Notes under the pieces: model-generated
Seen by the model: the letters and a program-made list of their open reading frames with translations, nothing else
What the model was told of the DNA's origin: nothing
Databases searched by the model: none
Assembly (NCBI GenBank): GCA_046075565.1
Contig: JBJTQJ010000010.1
Location: 1 to 62,331, forward strand
DNA: 62,331 nucleotides
DNA from: Verrucomicrobiales bacterium
GTDB lineage: Bacteria; Verrucomicrobiota; Verrucomicrobiia; Verrucomicrobiales; SLCJ01
Direction: 5' to 3'
Part shown: piece by piece, positions 58,454 through 62,331 of the stretch
Numbering within the stretch: position 1 is the first letter of the stretch
How the letters are laid out: each line of letters opens with the position of its first letter
Program-made: the position numbers and the translations under genes

Positions 58454-58917
58454 TGGCGTGAGTAGTTGATGAGTTTTTCCATTTCGGTTTCACCTTTGGC
58501 GGCTGACATGGCAGCGTGGAACTCCTTGGCTTCGGCCCGATCAACGAAACCGTCTCCCCCTTTGTCGATACTGGCGAAGAGTTTGTCGAAGGATTTCTTG
58601 GAATCGGAATAAGCCTTGAGTTCGGCCGGAGTCACCGCGCCATCATTATTGGAATCGCGAAGTTCAAAGTCGCTTTTCTTGGCTTCCGGATCGACCATCT
58701 TCCATTCCTCCATGGTAATGCGGGAATCCCCGTTGGCGTCTCCGGCGGAGTAAACGGCATTGAGCAAGACCCGACCCAGTTCCGGTTTCGACAGTTTCCC
58801 GTCGCCGTCCTTGTCGGCTTCCGCGAACGGGTCCGGTCCACCACTGCAACCAGCGAAAACGGCCACACCCGCCAGCATCGCCCAACGTGTCCAAGATTGA
58901 TATATTCCGATTTTCAT
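58450..58917 (-). CDS. EF-hand lipoprotein
   Basis: Lipobox FAGC; loops DKDGDGKLSKPE, DANGDSRITMEE, DSNNDGAVTPAE, DKGGDGFVDRAE. Confidence 0.88.
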   Translation of the reverse strand: MKIGIYQSWTRWAMLAGVAVFAGCSGGPDPFAEADKDGDGKLSKPELGRVLLNAVYSAGDANGDSRITMEEWKMVDPEAKKSDFELRDSNNDGAVTPAELKAYSDSKKSFDKLFASIDKGGDGFVDRAEAKEFHAAMSAAKGETEMEKLINYSRQ

Positions 58918-59022
58918 GACATCTCATTATTTTCGATGACCCGGGCGGGTCAATCGTTTGCTCGCAAAAAAAGTGGGACTTTGGTCTCGCGTTTTCCGCC
59001 TTTTTTCCGACACTTGCTTGCT

Positions 59023-59688
59023 ATGACACGAATCGGCATTCTCATTTGGATTATCGTGCTGGCCGGTTGTGGCAAGCCGACCAATCCGACGGAGAGGGAG
59101 AAACCGCCAAAACAGACACTTCAGCCAGGCCTGCCTTGGGAAAAGGTTGCGGCGGAGGTGGTCTTTAGCCGGAACTTCATGAGTCCGCTCTTTCCAGAAA
59201 AGGAAGGACTTCATTTGCTGCCGGACCACTACCGGTTGGGCTCGAAGGCATTCGCAAAATCTCCACCGGCCTGGTGGCTCAGTCTGGCCAAACAACAGAA
59301 TCTGAAGGAGAAATGGAATTGCACCGACTTTCCCCTCGCCTATGCCGGACAGGTGGAAACGGAAAATGGCCCGGCACTTCTGGTGGTTCAGGTGACCCAT
59401 TCGTTTACCGGAGATGGCTTCTTTTCGCCCGGCCCAGTTTTGTCACTTGTCGCCTTCCTCTTCGCGAAGGAACCATCAGGTGCTCGCCTCGTGGCCACGG
59501 AAACAACAACTTTGGGCTCCGGCGGGAGCTTTCAATTTTCCCGCCTTCATGCAGGGAAGCCCGACGGTCGGTTCATCCTTTTCCGCACAGAAAGCGGTTC
59601 TTCCTTCGATAGCCGAGAAATAACCGGGACGAGCGAATTGAAGCTCCGGGTCGAGCCGAAGGGGAAACTTCATTGGGAGCGCGAATAG
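59023..59688 (+). CDS. Hypothetical lipoprotein
   Basis: MTRIGILIWIIVLAGC lipobox; start reassigned from the longer ORF call. Confidence 0.68.
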   Translation: MTRIGILIWIIVLAGCGKPTNPTEREKPPKQTLQPGLPWEKVAAEVVFSRNFMSPLFPEKEGLHLLPDHYRLGSKAFAKSPPAWWLSLAKQQNLKEKWNCTDFPLAYAGQVETENGPALLVVQVTHSFTGDGFFSPGPVLSLVAFLFAKEPSGARLVATETTTLGSGGSFQFSRLHAGKPDGRFILFRTESGSSFDSREITGTSELKLRVEPKGKLHWERE

Positions 59689-59747
59689 CCCTGAATCAAA
59701 GCCAGTCGACATACTTCCTCATGCGATGCCTCGTTTGAGAAGATGGG

Positions 59748-60191
59748 TCAGGGCTTCTTCAACACGCGGGCGGGCACCTCGCCGACAGGAATCCCCGCTT
59801 TGACGAGGGCGTCCCAGACGGCGATCAACTTCCCAAGGGGAACATTTTCATCAGGTTCGAGTTCAAAGGCTTCCGCAGGGTTGGCGTCTCGGCGAGCGCG
59901 CAGGGTTTCCACGAGTTCCTCGGGCGTGGCGACGGGAGTTCCATCAAAGAGAATCGACCCATCGGCGGTAAGAGCGATGCTGGCGCGCGGATCCTCGGCT
60001 GGTTGACCTTCCATCGCACTGACCCCAGGCAAGGCGATGTCGAGTCGACGTTCCTGATTGGGGCCCTTCTCTTCTTCCTCCTTGCGGAATTCGGAGGCGA
60101 CGATGAAGAAAAGCAGCAGGATGGTGAGAATGTCGATCAGACTCACCAGAGGAATAACAGGCCGGCTGCGTTTGCGGTCGATGAAGCGCAT
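59748..60191 (-). CDS. exbD: ExbD/TolR-family protein
   Basis: VSLIDILTILLLFFIV, IALP, PDENVPLG. Confidence 0.9.
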   Translation of the reverse strand: MRFIDRKRSRPVIPLVSLIDILTILLLFFIVASEFRKEEEEKGPNQERRLDIALPGVSAMEGQPAEDPRASIALTADGSILFDGTPVATPEELVETLRARRDANPAEAFELEPDENVPLGKLIAVWDALVKAGIPVGEVPARVLKKP

Positions 60192-60202
60192 GACGGAAAA
60201 AT

Positions 60203-60883
60203 TCAGTAACCGCGGGCGGCTTGGACAAGGCGACCGACGAGGCGATGCATGAGGACTTCCATCTCCACGGCCCCGCGTTCAATACTCGAGTTGAAAACGG
60301 AATGGGCGATGACACTGGGCACGGCAACGGCCAATCCGGCAATGGTGGTCGAGAGCGCCTTGCCGACACCGAGGGCGATGACCTTCATGTCGCGTTCCGC
60401 TCCCCCGATACCGCCGAAGACATCGACCAATCCTGCGGCCGTGCCGAGAAGCCCCAACAACGGCGCGATAGTGATGACGACGTCGAGCACGGAGAGACCC
60501 CATTGCATGTTTGTCACCTCGCGGCGGGCACGCGCCTCCACCGCTCCCTCGAGATCGGGCAGGTTGCCGGAAGCGCCATTGAGCGCCACCCGTGTCACTT
60601 TGCCAAGCGGGCTTTTCTCCGCCGGGCCGCGCAAGAGCACACGCACCCGTTCGATGGCGGAGGGATCATTTTCCAAACGTTCGAGTTCCCGCACCAGCGG
60701 AGCAGGAAACATCTGCGAGCGCCGCATCCAGAGAGCACGCAGCAGGATGACAAAAATGCTGACCCCTCCGCAGAGGAGGATGAGCCAGAGGAATGTGCCG
60801 CCTTCGATGACCCATGTGCGGAGGCGGTCGAGGATGGCGGAGGGAACGGGAGATGCCGCTTGAGCGAGGAAGTGGACGAACAT
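60203..60883 (-). CDS. exbB: ExbB/TolQ/MotA-family proton channel
   Basis: IAPLLGLLGT, ALSTTIAGLAVAVP. Confidence 0.92.
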   Translation of the reverse strand: MFVHFLAQAASPVPSAILDRLRTWVIEGGTFLWLILLCGGVSIFVILLRALWMRRSQMFPAPLVRELERLENDPSAIERVRVLLRGPAEKSPLGKVTRVALNGASGNLPDLEGAVEARARREVTNMQWGLSVLDVVITIAPLLGLLGTAAGLVDVFGGIGGAERDMKVIALGVGKALSTTIAGLAVAVPSVIAHSVFNSSIERGAVEMEVLMHRLVGRLVQAARGY

Positions 60884-60892
60884 TTGAATTTG

Positions 60893-61951
60893 TTAGAAGA
60901 AGAGAAAGTTGAAATTGATTTCGAGGTGACCGGCTTCGAGCATCTCGACGACCTCGGCAGGAATGGGCGGGAGCTTCGCGCCCTTGACAGCATTGAGGGT
61001 GAACCACAGACTGGCTTCACCGCCATCGCGGGCTTCCACCTTGCGGGCGGTGGTCACCCGCCCATCGGCAGAAATGGTGAAATTCACCCGCAGGAATCCC
61101 GGCGTGGCAACATCGCGGTGGCGGCGGCAGGCGCTTTGCCAGTCGCGTTCGATCATCCGCGAGACCGTCTTCAGGTAGCGACCGAGTGGCGTGTCCTCCA
61201 CTTCCAATGAGGCCTTGCCCCTCTGGCTGAGCGTGCCTTCGATGGCGCGCTGGATCTTTTCACTCTGGAATCCGGGAGTTCCACCCCCGCCACCGGGAGG
61301 GGGACGCAGCGGGACATTGTTGGCGACTTCGGGTTCGTCCGGTTTTTCCTCACGCGGCCGCAACAGTTCATCCGGCCGGGTAACCTCCATACGGGGCAGC
61401 GGAGTCGGCAATGGCAAAAGCTCTTCCGGCGGAGTTGCAACAACTTCTTTCGGTTGGGCCGCCTCGGCAGGCGGTGAGGGCGGGGTTGGCTCCGGAGGAA
61501 TAGGTTCCGGCGGACCGCTCGGCCCACTCGGCGCAGCGGAGGCGACTTCTTGCTCACCATCGGAAAACTTCTGGTTTGTTAGGTCCAAGCCGGGTGCATC
61601 GATACCATCCTGGGTTGGCATGGCCGGACCATCCTCACGGCGGGAAGGCAATTCGGATGCGGCCTTGGAATCCGCATCGGAAATCAAGTTCGTCGGACGG
61701 GTCGGCTTTTCCCGCAGGGCCCCGGCATCGACGAATTCAAAGCTCAACTTCGCGGGCACGGGAACTGGCAAGACCGGCATGAGGGTCGCCATCACCACGC
61801 GAGGCGGAGGCGAGGAATCCGTCGACGGCTTTTTCTCCGTGATGGATTGCTCCGGCGGGGCTTCAAGCCAATACGCGATCGCCAAAAGCAGCACGACCTC
61901 CACGAGGAGGGCGGCAAGGGCGGCGAACACGATTTGGGAGCGTCCGATCAT
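60893..61951 (-). CDS. TonB/TolA-like protein
   Basis: N-terminal TM, Pro/Glu-rich linker, C-terminal YLKTVSRMIERDW..VNFTISADGRV..LPPIP. Confidence 0.8.
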   Translation of the reverse strand: MIGRSQIVFAALAALLVEVVLLLAIAYWLEAPPEQSITEKKPSTDSSPPPRVVMATLMPVLPVPVPAKLSFEFVDAGALREKPTRPTNLISDADSKAASELPSRREDGPAMPTQDGIDAPGLDLTNQKFSDGEQEVASAAPSGPSGPPEPIPPEPTPPSPPAEAAQPKEVVATPPEELLPLPTPLPRMEVTRPDELLRPREEKPDEPEVANNVPLRPPPGGGGGTPGFQSEKIQRAIEGTLSQRGKASLEVEDTPLGRYLKTVSRMIERDWQSACRRHRDVATPGFLRVNFTISADGRVTTARKVEARDGGEASLWFTLNAVKGAKLPPIPAEVVEMLEAGHLEINFNFLFF

Positions 61952-62331
61952 GGGTGCGTGGAGCCGTTCAGACGGGCGTGGTGGAAAAGATATTGCTGGG
62001 CGTATCCAGCATACGCTCCGAATCGCTTCGCCGCAAAAGCGATGATGGCCCGTTCCGACATTTCCTCCCCCTGGAAATAGCCGTCGCGAACCGCCCTGGA
62101 AATCCAGACATCAACGGGAAAGGCCTCCAGCCGGCCATAGGCGAAAAGCAGCACACAGTCGGCGATTTTGGGACCGACGCCCGGCAGGGCCATGAGCCGC
62201 ATGCGCAGATCCGGCGTGGGCAAACCGGCCCAGCCCTCGAGATCGGCGCATCCATCGGCCACGAGGGCAGCCGTGGCGGCGAGTCCTTTGGCGCGGTATC
62301 CAAGCGCACAGCGCCTGAGGGCGGATTCCCC
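61948..62331 (-). CDS. 8-oxoguanine DNA glycosylase / HhH-GPD family (5' part outside the window)
   Basis: LGYRAKG, LPGVGPKIADCVLLF, FPVDVW, YAGYAQQYLF. Confidence 0.9.
   Translation of the reverse strand, partial: GESALRRCALGYRAKGLAATAALVADGCADLEGWAGLPTPDLRMRLMALPGVGPKIADCVLLFAYGRLEAFPVDVWISRAVRDGYFQGEEMSERAIIAFAAKRFGAYAGYAQQYLFHHARLNGSTHP

Overview
High-GC bacterial chromosomal segment, probably Verrucomicrobiota (inferred from protein style and the scarcity of Shine-Dalgarno motifs; not verifiable here). It starts inside an IS3-family element and ends inside an HhH-GPD DNA glycosylase gene. Most of it is housekeeping and metabolic: UvrD/PcrA helicase, aminotransferase, PabB-like, amidase, Nnr, SppA, UbiA, ParE, membrane PPase, RlmI-like, SNF2 helicase, ActP-like, AroC, oxoprolinase, rpoA-rplQ, murI, priA, rpsT and tRNA-Val(TAC). 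Four things stand out. (1) A co-directional minus-strand cluster at 36.2-41.6 kb encodes a scaffold protein with an amphipathic N-terminus, SPF repeats and a roadblock-like tail, then an MglA GTPase, an MglB-like roadblock protein, ExbB, ExbD, a TonB-like protein and a small membrane-anchored zinc ribbon. This is a candidate undescribed polarity-switch/envelope-motor system. (2) Three signalling or NTPase proteins appear catalytically dead: a pseudo-receiver/pseudokinase/FGE fusion, a pseudo hybrid histidine kinase and a Walker-A-dead NTPase. (3) Many families of REP-like palindromic doublets show covariation and form shuffled composite modules; one doublet is translated in frame inside the SNF2 gene. 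(4) rpoA-rplQ is detached from rpsM-rpsK-rpsD and has its own promoter and a structured leader. All product calls come from motif recognition by eye; no database search was run.
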